From Candidatus Hydrogenedentota bacterium (GTDB lineage Bacteria; Hydrogenedentota; Hydrogenedentia; Hydrogenedentales; SLHB01), in the NCBI GenBank assembly GCA_963745075.1, contig CAVUWV010000010.1, positions 320,001-384,000 on the forward strand: a stretch of DNA of 64,000 bases, read 5' to 3'. The translations under genes were made by a program, and so were the position numbers. Position 1 is the stretch's first letter, and every line of letters begins with the position of its first letter. Below, piece by piece: positions 19,883 to 33,136 of the stretch. Under the pieces are notes generated by a model, which did no database searches, had not been told where the DNA came from, and saw only the letters and a list, made by a program, of their open reading frames with translations.

Positions 19883-20012
19883 GTCGTACTCGGCCTCGTA
19901 CTCGTACGCGTACTCGATTTACCACCGGGGACTCACCGTGCCTCACGATGCACTTCGGTAACCGGTAATAACGAAGACCTTCGAGTACGGTACGAGTACG
20001 AAGTACGAGTAC
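19883..20012. repeat. Inverted arrays of the hexamer GTACTC/GAGTAC
   Basis: TCGTACTCGGCCTCGTACTCGTACGCGTACTCG ... CGAGTACGGTACGAGTACGAAGTACGAGTACG. Confidence 0.75.
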
Positions 20013-20048
20013 GGAAACAATTACACCCTACGGAAGGCGTTGCCCGCC

Positions 20049-21098
20049 TTAGTACTTCTTCCCCAGTAAATGGCAGAGGATGTACCGGTCCAGCTCTTCG
20101 TAGTCCCGCGCCTTGATGAGTTCCGCTTCCAATTCCGAATTCAGCGACGTCACCTTGTCCAGCAGGAATTGGAACGTCAGTTTGCTGTTCGAAATATGCT
20201 TCGTGCCAACGTTGCGCTTTTGCGTACGCATGGCCTTCACGTCCAGCCCGACCCACTCGCCGTTGCGGCCGTACGCGTATTCTTCGAGCACCCGCACCTG
20301 GTTGAACGCGCGCCGCAGATTAAACGACCCGAACGACTTGTCCTGGTCGAATTTCATGTTACCCTGATCGTTCAGATGCACGCTCCACAACTTGTCGTGG
20401 GCGAGGGCATAGGCCATATCGTCCGAGGGATCCAGCCCCGCCAGCACGGAGTGCGCTGACTCGACCAGACACCCCACGCGCATGGGATCGATGGTCATGT
20501 AACTGAGACCCACCGCGTGGCCGATGGTCGAAATAATCGCGCTGTCCACCGGCTCGTTGGGTTTGGGTTCGATAAGGATCCGAATCTTCGCATCGTACGC
20601 CAGGAACGCATTGATCGCGTCGCGGATTTGCAGCACCTGTTTGCGCGCCACCTTGCTCTCGCGAATGTACGTGCCTTCCCGCGCCAACCACAGCACCATC
20701 GACGTCGTGCCCAGGATGTTCATGATATCGATGGCCTGTTTCGTGCGGTCGATGGCGTAGGCGCGCAACCGCGCACTGTTGTTCGTGTACCCGCCGTCGA
20801 TGGTTTCCGGCGCGAACCAGAGCCGCGGCGCGACGAATTCCGGCGCCAGACCCTCGCTGTCCAGCATCTGCTTGACCTTGGCCGCTTCTTTCGCGACTTG
20901 CGCGGCCGACTTGGAATCGATGTCCGGCACCACGTCGTCATCGTGGAACTGCATGCCGTCGAAACCGAGCTTCTTGGCCGTCTTCATCTTCGTCGCGAGC
21001 GGGATCGGCTCGCGCACCGGCGGCCCGAAGGGGTCCGCCCCTTCGTCGATGTTCCACGGTCCGAACGAAAACCGGTATTGTCCCTTAGGCTTTGCCAT
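20049..21098 (-). CDS. xylA: Xylose isomerase (class I-like)
   Basis: 'FSFGPW...DPFGP', 'FHDDD', 'IEPKPNEP', 'HLNDQ...FDQD'. Substrate assumed. Confidence 0.85.
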   Translation of the reverse strand: MAKPKGQYRFSFGPWNIDEGADPFGPPVREPIPLATKMKTAKKLGFDGMQFHDDDVVPDIDSKSAAQVAKEAAKVKQMLDSEGLAPEFVAPRLWFAPETIDGGYTNNSARLRAYAIDRTKQAIDIMNILGTTSMVLWLAREGTYIRESKVARKQVLQIRDAINAFLAYDAKIRILIEPKPNEPVDSAIISTIGHAVGLSYMTIDPMRVGCLVESAHSVLAGLDPSDDMAYALAHDKLWSVHLNDQGNMKFDQDKSFGSFNLRRAFNQVRVLEEYAYGRNGEWVGLDVKAMRTQKRNVGTKHISNSKLTFQFLLDKVTSLNSELEAELIKARDYEELDRYILCHLLGKKY

Positions 21099-21464
21099 TT
21101 CTAGTGCTCCTCCATCCGCATCACCCCGCGGTCGTGTGTGACCACAACTTCCGGGTAGCATACGGACCGCAGGACGAAAGATGCAACCATGCCTCGAAGT
21201 GCCGGCGGCATGTGGCTTGGGTGTCCTCGTCCAAGGAGTTTGGACACATGGCCAGCCAACGCGCAGGAACCTTGGGCCGGGACGCCTAAGCCACGAGAAC
21301 GCGCAACGGCCTGCACCATCCCATGGAGATGAACTCCCTTGCGACTTGCCGGCGTTTCCGTCGTTTCCCGTTTGAAACATTGGGATTTGTTTCGGATTTC
21401 GTGCTTCGGATTTCGATTTTCTTCGCGGCGACGCAGCGCCGGTCCACCACAGCTAACAAGCCCT

Positions 21465-24400
21465 TTACGCATTCCCGTCCAGGGCGGAACGCACGACGCG
21501 CGCCACGTCCGCAAACGTCGCCGGCTTGGGGAGGATGGCCGCCATCCCGGCGTGTAGCAGTTGTTCCTTGAGCGGTTCTCCGGTATGGCCGGTGGTGACG
21601 ATGATCGGCAGTTCGGGTCGAACCTTCTTTATCTCCACCGCTAACTCGGCGCCGGTCATCCTGGGCATGGTTTGATCCGTAATCACCAGGTCGAATCCAT
21701 CGGGATCCGCCCGAAATGCCGCCAGGCCCTCCTCGGCACGCGTCACGGCGGCCACCTCGTACCCGAGCTGCCGCAGCGTGCGCTCCAGCAACCGTACGAG
21801 CGCCACTTCGTCGTCCACCACCAGAACCCGTTCGTGTCCGCCGCGCACGGTTTCCAGCGAACTTGACGGCTCCGACAGGTCGATCTCGGCGCGCGGCAAG
21901 TACACGTGGAACGTCGTTCCTGCGCCCACTTCGCTGTAGACCGAAATCGTACCGCCGTGGGAGGTCACGATGCCGTGCACCGTCGCAAGTCCCATCCCCG
22001 TGCCTTCCCCCTGGGGTTTTGTCGTAAAGAACGGTTCGAATATCTTGTCCAGAACTTCTTGGGCGATACCGTGGCCGGTATCACTCACGGTGAGAAGCAC
22101 GTATTCACCTTCGTGCAGACCGGGCCTCGCCTCGGCCAGCGTCCGATCGGCGCTGAGCGGTTGGACGACCACCGTCAGGGTGCCGCCCGAGGCCTGCATG
22201 GCGTGATAGGCGTTCGTGCAGAGATTCATGAGCACTTGGTGAATCTGGCTGGGGTCGGCGAAAACCGCGCAATCCCGATCGTTGATCTCGGTGCGGATCT
22301 CGATCGTCGCGGGAAGCGACGGCCGAAGCAGCTTCAGCGCTTCCTTTACGATCAGGCCGATCTCAACGGCTTGCCGCTCCTCTTCCGTCTGCCGGCTGAA
22401 CGTGAGGATCTGGCGAACCAAGTCCGTGGCCCGCGAGGCCGCCTTCAAGAGTTCGCCCATGTCGGCCTGGGGTTCGCTGTCTTTGGGAAGCGCGTCCGCT
22501 ACCAACTGACCGTATCCCAGAATCGCGCCGAGAATGTTGTTGAAGTCGTGGGCAATGCCGCCCGCCAGCGTGCCGATGGCTTCCAACTTCTGCGACTGAA
22601 TCAAGCGCCTTTCCAGGGCAATCTGTTCCGTAATATCCCGTTGGAGGGCGACGTAACTGACGACGTGGCCGTACTCGTCAACCACGGGAGAGATGGTCAT
22701 TTCGGCGGTATACGACTGTCCGTCCTTCTTCTTGTTCTGCAGGCGGCCCGACCAAACCTCGCCCCGGCCGAGGATTTGCCATAGATCGTTGTAAAAGGCT
22801 TCGTCCTGCACGCCGCTCTTCAGAATCCGGGGATTCTCTCCCGTTACTTCACCGCGTAGGTACCCGGTGATGCGTTCGAATGCGGGATTGACGTACGTAA
22901 TCGCTCCTTGAGCATCGGTGACGAGCACCGCTTCCGCCGCCTGCTCCAGGGCAATCCCCAGCCGGGAGCGCTCTTCCTCCGCGCGCTTCTGCTCCGTGAT
23001 ATCCTGGTTCACCCCACGCGTCTTGAAGGTCTGGCCCCGCGCGTCCTTCACGGTGGTAATCCACACGGAGACCACGCGCACCTCGCCGTCTCGCCGTCGA
23101 ATGCGATGTTCCAATTGCCATTCCGCATCGGGATCGGTCTCCGCAATCGCACGGGCAATTTCATCGCCCACGATGTGCACATCTTCCGGAAATAGAAATC
23201 GGCTCGCGTATTCTTCCGCCGTCATAGTGTATCCGCCCTCCCGTTCGACGGTCGTACCGTACAACGCATAGAATCGATCGCTGAACGTGAGTGCTCCGCT
23301 CGCCACGTCGAATTCCCAATGCGCCGATTTCGCCAAGTCCAATGCTTGGCCCAAACTTCGCTCACTCCATTCAAGCGCCTCCTGCGCCTGTTTTCGTTCC
23401 GAGATGTCAAAACCATAAATGTTGACCAGGTTCGCGGCCTCAATGGGGGCGACGGTGAAGAGGAACGTCTTCCCGTCGCAGTCGATTTCGTCCTTCACGA
23501 CGCGTCCTTCCCGCAAGGTTGTCGATATGTGACTGGAGAGCGTGTCCGGCAACCGTTCGCCCGGCCGGCAATGCCAGGACGATAACAATACCTCGCTGGC
23601 AGGGTTGGCAAATTCGATGATCCCCCTGTGGTCCACGCGCAGGACGGGGTTCGGATTCTCACTCGGGAACCGGGCGATCCGCTTGACCTCGTCATGCGCG
23701 TTCTTCAGTTCCGTCACGTCCTGGAAGCACCCCCGGACCCGCACCACCTTTCCATCTTCAAGGATTGGCCGCCCGATCGTCCGTACCCAACGGCGGTTCC
23801 CCTTGGCCGTCACCAGTTCCAGCACGAGATCGTACGGCGTCCCGCTCTCGATGGCTTCGCGTACCGCGTTCTCAATGCGGTCCCGATGTTCGCCGTGGTA
23901 GAACTCGAGTCCGAGTTTCGCAGAGGTCTCCGCCGACGGATCGACTTCGTGGATTCGAGCCACCTCTTCCGTCCAGGCTCCCTTCCCCGTTGCCGGATCG
24001 AATTCCCAACCCCCGATCTTCGCGAGGCGCCCCGTTTCCAAGAGAAGTTCCTGGATGTATTGGAGTTGTTGTTCGGATTCCTTGCGGTCGCTTATATCGA
24101 CGTGAGAACCCAGGAGTCGGACGGGCTTGCCGTTCTCGTCTAGAATCACTCGTCCCCGGGCCGAAATCCAAATATACGTTCCGTCTTTGTGGCGCATCCG
24201 AAATTCGTTTCTGTATTCGCCTTCTGGTTTCTCCAGGTATGCCGCGACCGCCGCTTTCGCATGTTCCACGTCTTCCGGATGAACGTGCTTTTCCCAACTT
24301 GCGTAGTCGTTTCCTATCTCGCCTTCGTCATACCCGAGTTGATTTTTCCACTCCGGCGAGTAATACACGTCATTCGTGCGAAGGTCCCAGTCCCACAGAC

Positions 24401-25562
24401 CCGTATTCGATGCCGCAATCGCGAGTTTCAGCTCTTCCGCGGTGTCGTTCAGTTTCTGTTGTGTTCGGCGGTACTCTTCCTGCGTCCGAAGCGCCCCGAT
24501 TCCGTACGACAAGTCCGCGGCCAGTTCCACCAGGATTCGTGATTCCTCCTCTCGAAACGCATCGCGGCGAGTGGAATACAGAATCAACAATCCAATGCTC
24601 TGCCCGGCCACGGTTAACGGCAGCGCGAAAGTGGACGCAAAGCCGTGGCTCAACGCCTTTTTCCGCCATGGTTCAAAACTGGGGTCGGTTGCGATGTCCC
24701 GAACGGTGTTGGGTTTGCCCGTGCGGATAGCCGTGCCAACGGGTCCGCGTCCCGTCACAGTCTCGTCCCACGCCACACGAATACCTTTGAGATAAGCCGC
24801 TTCGCGCCCCGCCGAAGCTACGGGCCGGACGGACTTTTCGGGATCGTTCTCGACGTATCCCACCCAGACCAGCGGAAACGCGCCTTCCCGCTCGATGCTG
24901 TGACAGACCGTCTTCAACAACTCCGATTCTTCCGTGGCGCGGACGAGGGCCTGGTTGCAGGCACTGACGATACGCAGGGCGCGGTTGATCCGCTTCAGCT
25001 CAGCCCGAGTCTCCTCCCGGGCCGTCATGTCTTCGATAGTCACAACCACCTGATCCACCTGGCCCTCGGCATCGAAGACGGGAACGGCGCTTGCCGACAC
25101 GGATACGCGCCGGTCATCCGGAAAGACCATGGTGTAGCGAACCCCATGAACTGGGGCACGTGTCCGGATCGCCTGAGTGAGGGGCAGTTTCTCGTCCGGA
25201 AACGGCTTGCCATTGAGATGCGTGTGGGACACCTGGCGGAGGCAATCGCGCGCTAACTCGCCGGCATTGCCGGAGCATGCCAGGAGCCGCGTCGCGTGAG
25301 CGTTCGCCGAAACGATCGTGCCCTGCCGATTCAAAACGAGAATAGCGACAGGACTGGCCGATAGGATGGCCTCATTTAGACGCTCGGCGTCTGCCCGCTC
25401 ACCGGGTGAGGCACGTAATTCGTCGGACGGACATTCCGCCGCTGCACAGGGATCACCCGCCTGGGCTTCCCCCGTAGTCCGTTTCGTTTTCCGCTCGCGC
25501 TGTTCGTGCCTGTGTGCCATAGGAAGTCTTGCAGTAACGTCAACAGAATAATTGTCGCACAT
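21465..25562 (-). CDS. Cytoplasmic hybrid sensor histidine kinase (multiple PAS/PAC + GAF + HisKA + HATPase + REC)
   Basis: '[13 protein letters not shown]', '[14 protein letters not shown]', '[10 protein letters not shown]'; several PAS repeats; start could be 25520. Confidence 0.93.
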   Translation of the reverse strand: MCDNYSVDVTARLPMAHRHEQRERKTKRTTGEAQAGDPCAAAECPSDELRASPGERADAERLNEAILSASPVAILVLNRQGTIVSANAHATRLLACSGNAGELARDCLRQVSHTHLNGKPFPDEKLPLTQAIRTRAPVHGVRYTMVFPDDRRVSVSASAVPVFDAEGQVDQVVVTIEDMTAREETRAELKRINRALRIVSACNQALVRATEESELLKTVCHSIEREGAFPLVWVGYVENDPEKSVRPVASAGREAAYLKGIRVAWDETVTGRGPVGTAIRTGKPNTVRDIATDPSFEPWRKKALSHGFASTFALPLTVAGQSIGLLILYSTRRDAFREEESRILVELAADLSYGIGALRTQEEYRRTQQKLNDTAEELKLAIAASNTGLWDWDLRTNDVYYSPEWKNQLGYDEGEIGNDYASWEKHVHPEDVEHAKAAVAAYLEKPEGEYRNEFRMRHKDGTYIWISARGRVILDENGKPVRLLGSHVDISDRKESEQQLQYIQELLLETGRLAKIGGWEFDPATGKGAWTEEVARIHEVDPSAETSAKLGLEFYHGEHRDRIENAVREAIESGTPYDLVLELVTAKGNRRWVRTIGRPILEDGKVVRVRGCFQDVTELKNAHDEVKRIARFPSENPNPVLRVDHRGIIEFANPASEVLLSSWHCRPGERLPDTLSSHISTTLREGRVVKDEIDCDGKTFLFTVAPIEAANLVNIYGFDISERKQAQEALEWSERSLGQALDLAKSAHWEFDVASGALTFSDRFYALYGTTVEREGGYTMTAEEYASRFLFPEDVHIVGDEIARAIAETDPDAEWQLEHRIRRRDGEVRVVSVWITTVKDARGQTFKTRGVNQDITEQKRAEEERSRLGIALEQAAEAVLVTDAQGAITYVNPAFERITGYLRGEVTGENPRILKSGVQDEAFYNDLWQILGRGEVWSGRLQNKKKDGQSYTAEMTISPVVDEYGHVVSYVALQRDITEQIALERRLIQSQKLEAIGTLAGGIAHDFNNILGAILGYGQLVADALPKDSEPQADMGELLKAASRATDLVRQILTFSRQTEEERQAVEIGLIVKEALKLLRPSLPATIEIRTEINDRDCAVFADPSQIHQVLMNLCTNAYHAMQASGGTLTVVVQPLSADRTLAEARPGLHEGEYVLLTVSDTGHGIAQEVLDKIFEPFFTTKPQGEGTGMGLATVHGIVTSHGGTISVYSEVGAGTTFHVYLPRAEIDLSEPSSSLETVRGGHERVLVVDDEVALVRLLERTLRQLGYEVAAVTRAEEGLAAFRADPDGFDLVITDQTMPRMTGAELAVEIKKVRPELPIIVTTGHTGEPLKEQLLHAGMAAILPKPATFADVARVVRSALDGNA

Positions 25563-25734
25563 TTAGACGAATGGTACAAGAGCTTAGACGTAAAGATAGG
25601 TAACAGTGACTAGATAAGGGAATCCACCTATACATCGGCGCGCCTTTTATGCCCCCCTGACAGCAACCGCAAGTCAGTAACGAACTCACGGTATTGCCTT
25701 TACTTTTTTGAATTGCGCCATCAGAATCGCACGT

Positions 25735-27718
25735 ATGAATATGATTAGACTTTTTTCAGCCTTCGCAATACTCGCAGCGTCCCCGGTTTTCGCAGAACCT
25801 TGGAACCCGCCCAATCTTGTGGCGAATCCGGGATTCGAGAAAACCGCGGAAAGCGGATTTCCCGCCGGGTGGAACGGGGACCGATCCGTCTACAGCCGCG
25901 ACACCGAAAAAAAGCATTTCGGCGAAGCGTCGCTGAAGTTCGTGAATGCCGACACGGGCAGGTACGTGCTCTGCGCGCAGAGCCTGCCCTTCGAAGCAGG
26001 CAAGAAGTACGCGTTCAGTGCGTGGATGAAGTCGGAGAACGTCGAAGGCGACGATTCCGGCGCGACCATCTGCATCGAGTATCGGAACGCCGAAGGCAAA
26101 TGGGCCGGCGGCGCCTATTGCCGTACGGGACTGAAGGGAACCTCGGACTGGACGCGTCTCGAAACCGTGTCGGGTCCCGTCCCGGAAGGCGTCGTGGCCG
26201 GAACGGTCGTGTGTTACGTCCGCAAAGGTATGACGGGCACGGCGTGGTGGGACGACGTCGAGGTGCGCGAACACCGCGACGATCCGCTCGCAATCAAATT
26301 GCTCTCGCCAAACTATCGTGGCGAAGTTACGGACGCCGGACCGGAAATGGTATGCGTCTTCGCGGACACGGCGAATCTTAATGACTATCCGCTCGCTGCA
26401 AACGACGTCGAACTGCATTGGAGCGTGACGCCAGAAGACGCGACCGAACCCACGGTCACCGGCAACGAACCCGTATCGAAAGCAATGGCGAATGAACTTC
26501 GCATGCCCGGAAAGACACTAACCCCGGGAACCTACACATCACCGTCCAGTTGCAGGACCAGGCGTCGGGCCACGTTCTCTCCACGAAGACGTACACCGTT
26601 ACGCGGCTCGGCGAAACACGCCCATCGCACGGCGTACATCGACGAATACAACCGGCTCATCTACCAGGGCCAAGCCTTCTTCCCCCTCGGCATGTACTGG
26701 GGATCGGTCGACGACCAATCGCTCGACATCTACGCGGACAGTCCCTTCAACTGCCTCATGCCCTACAACATGCTTGGGCGCGAAGACATGGATCGCGTTG
26801 ACGCACGCGGTTTGAAAGTCATCTACTCCGTGAAAGACTGCTACGCCTTTCTGAAATGCGCATCCGCGACAGCATCAAATCCGAGGACGACGAGCGGCCC
26901 TTCATCGCGAGCAAGGTGGAAGCTTTTCGCGATCACCCCGCGCTGCTCGCGTGGTACCTCAACGATGAAGCGCCGCTTTCGCAATTGGATCGGCTCGTAC
27001 TGCACAAGCAATGGCTCGAAGAACTCGATCCGAACCATCCCACGTGGTCGGTGCTCTATCAGGTCAACGAAATCGGTGGTTACTTCGATTCGTGCCACGC
27101 CATCGGTACGGACCCCTATCCCATCCCAAACAAACCCGCCGCCATGGCGGGGGAATGGACGCGCAAGACCGTCGAGGCCATGCACCACGCGCGGCCCGTG
27201 TGGATGGTTCCGCAAGTGTTTAATTGGGCCGCGTACAAGGAGACCGAAGAAGACAAGGCGCAGCAGCGCCAGCCCACCATCGACGAAATCCGATCCATGA
27301 CCTGGCAATGCATCGCCGAAGGCGCGAACGGCCTCATCTTCTACAGTTGGTTCAACATCTACCTGCCCGAACGCAACGCGGGCCTCGACTTCGACGCCTT
27401 CTGGCCTCAGTTCAAAGGCGTCGTGCAGGAAGTGAAGGACATGACGCCGGCCTTGCTCTCCGTCGAGACGCCGCCCGCCATCACCACCGGCGACGCCGAC
27501 TGGCTCAACTGGACCGTCAAACGCATGGGAAAGAAGGTCTACCTCATCGCCGTCAACAACACCGGCGATCCGCACGAGGCGACGTTCACACTGCCGTTCG
27601 CACCGGTGAGCGCGAGGAAGTTCGGAACAGACAAGACGATCCCGATGAACGGCCCGAAGTCGCTCGAACTATCGTTCGAGCCCTTCGCTGTGCACTCTGC
27701 GAGTTGGTGGAACCGTAG
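25735..27718 (+). CDS. Secreted carbohydrate-binding domain + glycoside hydrolase-like TIM barrel (several frameshifts)
   Basis: Signal peptide; 'NLVANPGFE...WWDDVEVRE' CBM; 'FFPLGMY', 'HPALLAWYLNDE', 'GTDPYP'. Shifts near 26535, 26620, 26860 and probably 27695. Confidence 0.72.
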
Positions 27719-27800
27719 GCGGACGGAAATGGTGCGGCTAATCTGACGTATCTGGTCGTGAACCGCGATGCGTGGAACGGAATGAGTCTCTCGGCACCAC

Positions 27801-27881
27801 GTAGCGCAGGCGTCTCGCCTGCAATCTTTGGGGTATATTGGTCAAGTGTACCCAAAGATGCAGGCGAGACGCCTGCGCTAC
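27801..27881. repeat. GTAG-type REP doublet (GTAGCGCAGGCGTCTCGCCTGCA) forming a long hairpin
   Basis: 27801-27823 and inverted 27859-27881; the spacer is also largely self-complementary. Confidence 0.85.
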
Positions 27882-27892
27882 ATGCGGTCTTA

Positions 27893-30800
27893 CTATTGGT
27901 CGTCCGGCGCAAGCACCAAATCCGCCTGGCCGACTTCTCCGTCTGCGATATCGAGTTCCATTTTGGCGGACAGAGGCGGGTCGAACACCTGGGCGGTCAC
28001 GGTTGCATGGCCTGACGGGATCGCGTCGAAGCGGAACGTGCCATCGGAACTTACGTTTGTATCCCGTTGCTCGGTACCGAACGGGGTGGCGACAAGCAAC
28101 GTCATATGGACACTGGGAACCGGCGTGTCCTGATAGGTGACCGAACCGGTAATCGCGGCTGTCACTGAGGGCAGATTGAAGTCCAGCACGTTGGCGTTGC
28201 CTTCGGTCAACTGTAATCGCTTGGCTGAACCAGCGCGTGATACGCGTGTCGTCTTCCAGATACATCGACGTGAGCGTCAGCGCGAATCCGTTACCTGCCG
28301 GGAGGTGATCAAAACGGTACGCGCCGTCGCCATCGGTCTTCGTAGTGAAACGCTGCATACCGGGACCATGCCCGAAGAAGATCCGCACCTCCGTATCCGC
28401 GGCCGGTTCCCCGTCGATGGTTACGCCGCCCGCCAGCGTGCATCCTTCGCTAAGGGTTACGGTCACCGTGTTTTCGCGGTTGGCATCAAGCGCGACATCG
28501 ACGTTCGCCAGGGAGTAAGCCTCGTGGTACACGCTGACGAGCTTCAACGTCGCCGGCTGGTTGTCCAGCGTGAACTGTCCATCCTCATTTGTCTGCATCA
28601 CCGCCGCGAGTCGCGGTTCCATGCCGTTCGGAACACCGCCAGGGACGATGTAGGCATTGGCTACGGGATTGCCGGAGGAATCTTGAACCGTCCCCGTCAA
28701 CGTCAGGCCTCCGCTCAACGCAATGCGCAGATTGGACCGCGTCTCTCCCGGTTTGACGTTGTCGATTTCGAGTTCCGACTCCGCGTAACCGTCGGCCTTG
28801 ACAACCACGGTCACCGGTCCGGGCGCTACCCCTTCGATACGAAAACGTCCTTCGGGATCCACTTGTGGCCGCATGCGCGTGCGTTCGCCCGTTTGATTCT
28901 TCGTTTTGTTGTCGAGATGGACCAGGTCAAACTGCTCAATGGGCTTGCCCGTGGACACGTCCACCACCTGTCCTTCGAGCACGGCCATGGCGTCCATGAC
29001 AATCTCGAGACCCGCGGTCCCTGCAGCAACGTCGGGCATCAGCACCCTTGGATGATCGTCGTGCTCCGCGACAATGGTCACCGACGTGTCGGGCAGTCCC
29101 GTGATTTCAAAAGCTCCGGTCTCGTCGCTCTGCGTGAACTTAAAGGCATCGCTGCCGTGAGCCCGCACTTCCGCCTTGGCGATAGGGTTGCCCTGTGTAT
29201 CGACGACCCGTCCCAAGATGGTCAGACCGGTTACGGCCTTACCTTGGTAGACGAGCCGCAACCCATCGATATGGTCGCCGGGTTTCAAATCGATGGTTTC
29301 GGGCCCGGTCGCCGGGGAATGGAGTTGCCGCATCTTCGGATCGTGCAAGAAGAGCCGGTGTTTTCCCGGTGCAAGTCCCTCAATGTGGAAGCGTCCATCC
29401 ACTCCGGAATCCGAGGATGAGCGTCCAACGTAGCGCTGAATACCTTTCTCCTCAAAGCCCGTCGACACGCGAATTCCCGCCATCGGCTTGCCACTGGGAT
29501 CAACGACCGTCCCTTCAATCGTTGCAGCCGAATGCAGTACAAGGCGCACATCGGCAAGACCTCCATCGGTCAACTCCACCGGGCCGTACAGATCGCTTAC
29601 CAATTTGCCCGTCACCTCCGCGTCGAGGGTGAAATGCGGCGTCCGCGGAAATCCGGCAAGACTGAAGCGGCCATCCTCGCGGGTGATGAATGATTCGAGT
29701 GATAGGTAGTTATCCCGATCCCTTCCTTCGACTTCTGCGCCGGAGATAGGATTTCCCTGTTCATCAACGCAGATACCCGACACGCGAATCCCTATGACAA
29801 TTGGAAAGTCAATACCCTCGAGGACCTGTCCTTTCGATATCCGGATTGTCTTCGGCTCATTGCCGGTATTGGGTACGCGAAGATCGGAGAAGGTGCGCTG
29901 GAGCGCATACTCACCGGGCGCGGGAACCTCTATTCGGTACACGCCGTCAACGTTCGTAGTAGCCTTTACCGTGAGGTCCGATTCCTCGTTGGCCGGTTTC
30001 AACGCAATCTCCAGATTGGGAACCGGCTCGCCCGTCTCGACAATGTATGCCTGGCCCGTGACGACGCTCGCGTCGGGATCGACCGGTGGATTGTTTGATA
30101 CGGCTTCCGCGACGGCCATTGCGAACGCCGCCGGATCGCCGTTCGCAGGTTGTGGCGGTCCGGTTGTGTCGCCTTCAGCGGGTTGCAGCGGTTCCGTCGC
30201 CGAACGCGCTACTTCCGTTGCATCTGCTTCCATACGTGACGTGGGACGTTCGAGCGCCAGTACGTGCCACGCGGCAAATCCCGCGATTGTCGCGACGGCG
30301 CATGCCGCGACGATCTTCGCGGCAAGTACGCCCGCGCCCGCACCCAACGTCGTGGCGGAAGGTCCTGCCAAAGCGAGTTTGGCGATGTTGACCGTCAACG
30401 CTTGAGGCGCCGCTTCCGCGACCGCGTTCGTTGCCAGCAGAACGCTTAAGGCCCCGCCCGCGATTCCCACTCCTCGGCGCTGGAGAGATGTACGCATACG
30501 CTCCACCGCGCGGTGGAGACGATGCGTCACAGCCGATCGCGTGACCCCCAGAGATCGAGCGATGTCCTCGTGCGTTTCGTCCTCAAAGAAATGACGTAGG
30601 ACCGGTTCGCTCAGGTCGCGGGGCAATTCGGCAATGACTTCGTCCACCAAGTCATAGAGATCGTCCCAGCCAATCTCGATCGTACCTGCCTTGTCCAACC
30701 CATAGGCGGACACGCGTTCGGCGTGGCGTTTTTTTGCGCGGATGCGGTTGATGGCCCGGTTGGTGGCGACGGTGTGCAGCCAACTGGCAAGGTTCCGGTT

Positions 30801-30992
30801 GGGACGTTTGCGCGTCGAGCACAGGACTTCAAAGCACTCCTGCGCAACGTCTTCCGCGTCGGTTGGGTTTCGCAAGACACGCAGGCACGTCGAGTACACC
30901 ATGCCCGCGTGGCGCTGCGCGATCGTCTTGAACGCCTCCGCGTCGCGGTGGGTGTACCAGCGGTCGAGGAGGGCTTGGTCGTTGGCTGCCAT
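27893..30992 (-). CDS. ECF sigma factor fused to a TM segment and carboxypeptidase-regulatory-like beta-sandwich repeats; frameshift near 28212
   Basis: 'DAEDVAQECF', 'LASWLHTVATN', sigma4 'HEDIARSLGVTRSAVTHRLHRA'; repeated 'G.VVD..G.P...A.V...T..DG.F'; C-terminus in ORF 27893..28210. Confidence 0.85.
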
Positions 30993-31125
30993 GATCGGTC
31001 TCCCGTGAACGGTACTGCGTGTTGGGTTATCCGATCAATGAGACAACGCCGGAGCCGAATTGGTGAATGGGATGCACACCCATCCGCGAGCGAGTTACCT
31101 CAACGCGCGACGCCCGCGGCAACCC

Positions 31126-32130
31126 TCACTGCGCCAGCGGGTGCAGCAGCTTCTGGGTCTCGGGGTCGTTGAGGTTTTCCTTCGTGATGACTTCCACGCC
31201 GGTGTCGATGCGTTTTTCGACAGGTTCGCCCTTGAGATGGTCGTAGGCGGACTTCACGCCGAGGTAACCCATCTTGAACGGGTTCTGGACGATCAGCGCA
31301 TGGATCGTGCCCTTTTCGAGGGCGGTGATCTCGTCCGGCGACGCGTCGAAGGCGACGATCTTGAACTCGCCGCCGCGCCCCGCAGCCTCCACGGCCTGGA
31401 CTGCACCGATGGCCGCCGGTTCGTTGGTCGCGAACAAGCCTTTCATATCGGGGTGCGCGGTCAGCATGTCTTCGGTAACGTTCATGGCCTTGGCGACGTC
31501 GCTCTGGCAATACTGCGTATCCACCAACTTCACGTTGGGAAACGCGGCGATTCCCTTCTTAAACCCTTCCTCGCGCAGTTCCGAGGTCGCGGCGCCTTTC
31601 ACAAAGGGGATGAGCCCGACCGGGCCTTCCTCGCCGATGGCGTGGGCCAGTTCTTGGGCGGCCGCTTCAGCCCCGGCGATGTTGTCGGTCGCCACAAAGG
31701 AGACGGGCAAATCCGAATTCACGCCGGAGTCGATGGTCACGACGGGAATGCCCTTCTCTTCGGCGCGCTTGATCACATCAACGAGCGCATCCTGATCGCA
31801 GGCCGCCATTACAATGGCGTTAACGCCCCGGCCGATCATGTCTTCGACGATGTTAATCTGCTTGACAACGTCCGTTTCCTTCTCCGGCCCAATCCAGATG
31901 ATGTCGATGCCGAATTCCTTACCCGCCTCGTCGGCGCCCTTTTTCACCGTCAACCAGAACTGATGGGTAAGCCCCTTGGGAATGACCGCAAACGTCAGCT
32001 TGCCTTCCGGCGACGCGCCCGCGGATTCCGCACCGCCTTCGCTCGACGACGTGGTAGCGGGTGCTTGCGCCTGCTGTCCACAACCGACAATCACCAAAAA
32101 GGCTAACAGGCCAATCGCAACGCGTTTCAT
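31126..32130 (-). CDS. Sugar ABC transporter substrate-binding lipoprotein (RbsB-like)
   Basis: Lipobox 'IVGC'; 'GIPVVTIDS', 'VATDN', 'QNPFKMGY'. Confidence 0.92.
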   Translation of the reverse strand: MKRVAIGLLAFLVIVGCGQQAQAPATTSSSEGGAESAGASPEGKLTFAVIPKGLTHQFWLTVKKGADEAGKEFGIDIIWIGPEKETDVVKQINIVEDMIGRGVNAIVMAACDQDALVDVIKRAEEKGIPVVTIDSGVNSDLPVSFVATDNIAGAEAAAQELAHAIGEEGPVGLIPFVKGAATSELREEGFKKGIAAFPNVKLVDTQYCQSDVAKAMNVTEDMLTAHPDMKGLFATNEPAAIGAVQAVEAAGRGGEFKIVAFDASPDEITALEKGTIHALIVQNPFKMGYLGVKSAYDHLKGEPVEKRIDTGVEVITKENLNDPETQKLLHPLAQ

Positions 32131-32182
32131 GTTCCAGATCTCCCTCGTCGGTTCATCGTTCTCATACTCGAGAAAGAAAACT

Positions 32183-33121
32183 TCACTCTTTCAATTTGCC
32201 CGCGCGGCGTTTGCGCATGTTGTCGATGTACACCAGGATGATGATCAGTGCCCCGACGAAAATGCGCTGCCATTCGTCCGGCATGCCGTTTAACTGGCAC
32301 ATATTCACGAGAATGCCGATGATCAGCGCGCCGATCAAGGCGCCGACCGCGCCGCCTTCCCCGCCCATCAGGCTGGCGCCACCGACCACGCACGCCGCAA
32401 TCGCGTCGAGTTCCATGCCCTCCGCCATCGTGGGATCCGCAACGCCGGTCCGCGATGCCATCAGGATGCCGCCGAACCCGGCCAGCAGACCGCCCAAGGC
32501 GAACGCGCCGATCCGCACGCGGTCCACGGCAATCCCCGATAAGCGCGCGCCGCTGAGATTGCCGCCGCTCGCGTAGATCTCCCGCCCAAACCGGGTATTC
32601 ATGAGAAACACGGCAAACACCCCGACGATCAACACGGTGACCGTAAACGGCACGTACCACGATTCGGTGCCGCCCAAAAACCGAAACCCTTCCGGCAGAC
32701 CGGAGATGCGGCTTCCTCCGGTTAGGAGATGAGCCCCGCCGCGTGCCGCCAGCATCATGCCCAGCGTCACAATGAACGACGGGATGCGGCCCTTCGTGGA
32801 AAGAAACCCGTTCACTGCCCCGCAGCCCAGCCCCGCCAGCGCCCCCAGAAGAATCCCCATCGGAACGCTGAAGCTGTAGTCTTTGATGGCAAGTCCCGCG
32901 ACCACCGCGCACATCGCCGCCACGCTGCCCACCGACAAGTCGATCCCCGCCGTGATAATCACCAGCGTTTCGCCGACCGCGACAATGCTTACCGCACTGG
33001 TGCGACGCAAGAGATTGGTCAGGTTCTCGGGCGAGACAAATCGGGGCGTAAAAAAGGCCAACCCGACACAGATCGCGGCCAGCCCAAAAATCAACGCGTT
33101 CCTCGAAATAAATTGCTTCAC
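32183..33121 (-). CDS. Sugar ABC transporter permease (RbsC-like)
   Basis: 'TAGIDLSVGS', 'FIVTLGMM', 'ELDAIAACVVGGASLMGGEG'. Confidence 0.93.
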   Translation of the reverse strand: MKQFISRNALIFGLAAICVGLAFFTPRFVSPENLTNLLRRTSAVSIVAVGETLVIITAGIDLSVGSVAAMCAVVAGLAIKDYSFSVPMGILLGALAGLGCGAVNGFLSTKGRIPSFIVTLGMMLAARGGAHLLTGGSRISGLPEGFRFLGGTESWYVPFTVTVLIVGVFAVFLMNTRFGREIYASGGNLSGARLSGIAVDRVRIGAFALGGLLAGFGGILMASRTGVADPTMAEGMELDAIAACVVGGASLMGGEGGAVGALIGALIIGILVNMCQLNGMPDEWQRIFVGALIIILVYIDNMRKRRAGKLKE

Positions 33122-33136
33122 GCCTCCGCCTTGATC

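Noticed and set aside
17981..20116. 711-aa plus-strand ORF (likewise 28137..29420, 32729..34297, 36047..37576, 10960..12294)
   Set aside because: Antisense shadows of recognisable genes in high-GC DNA.
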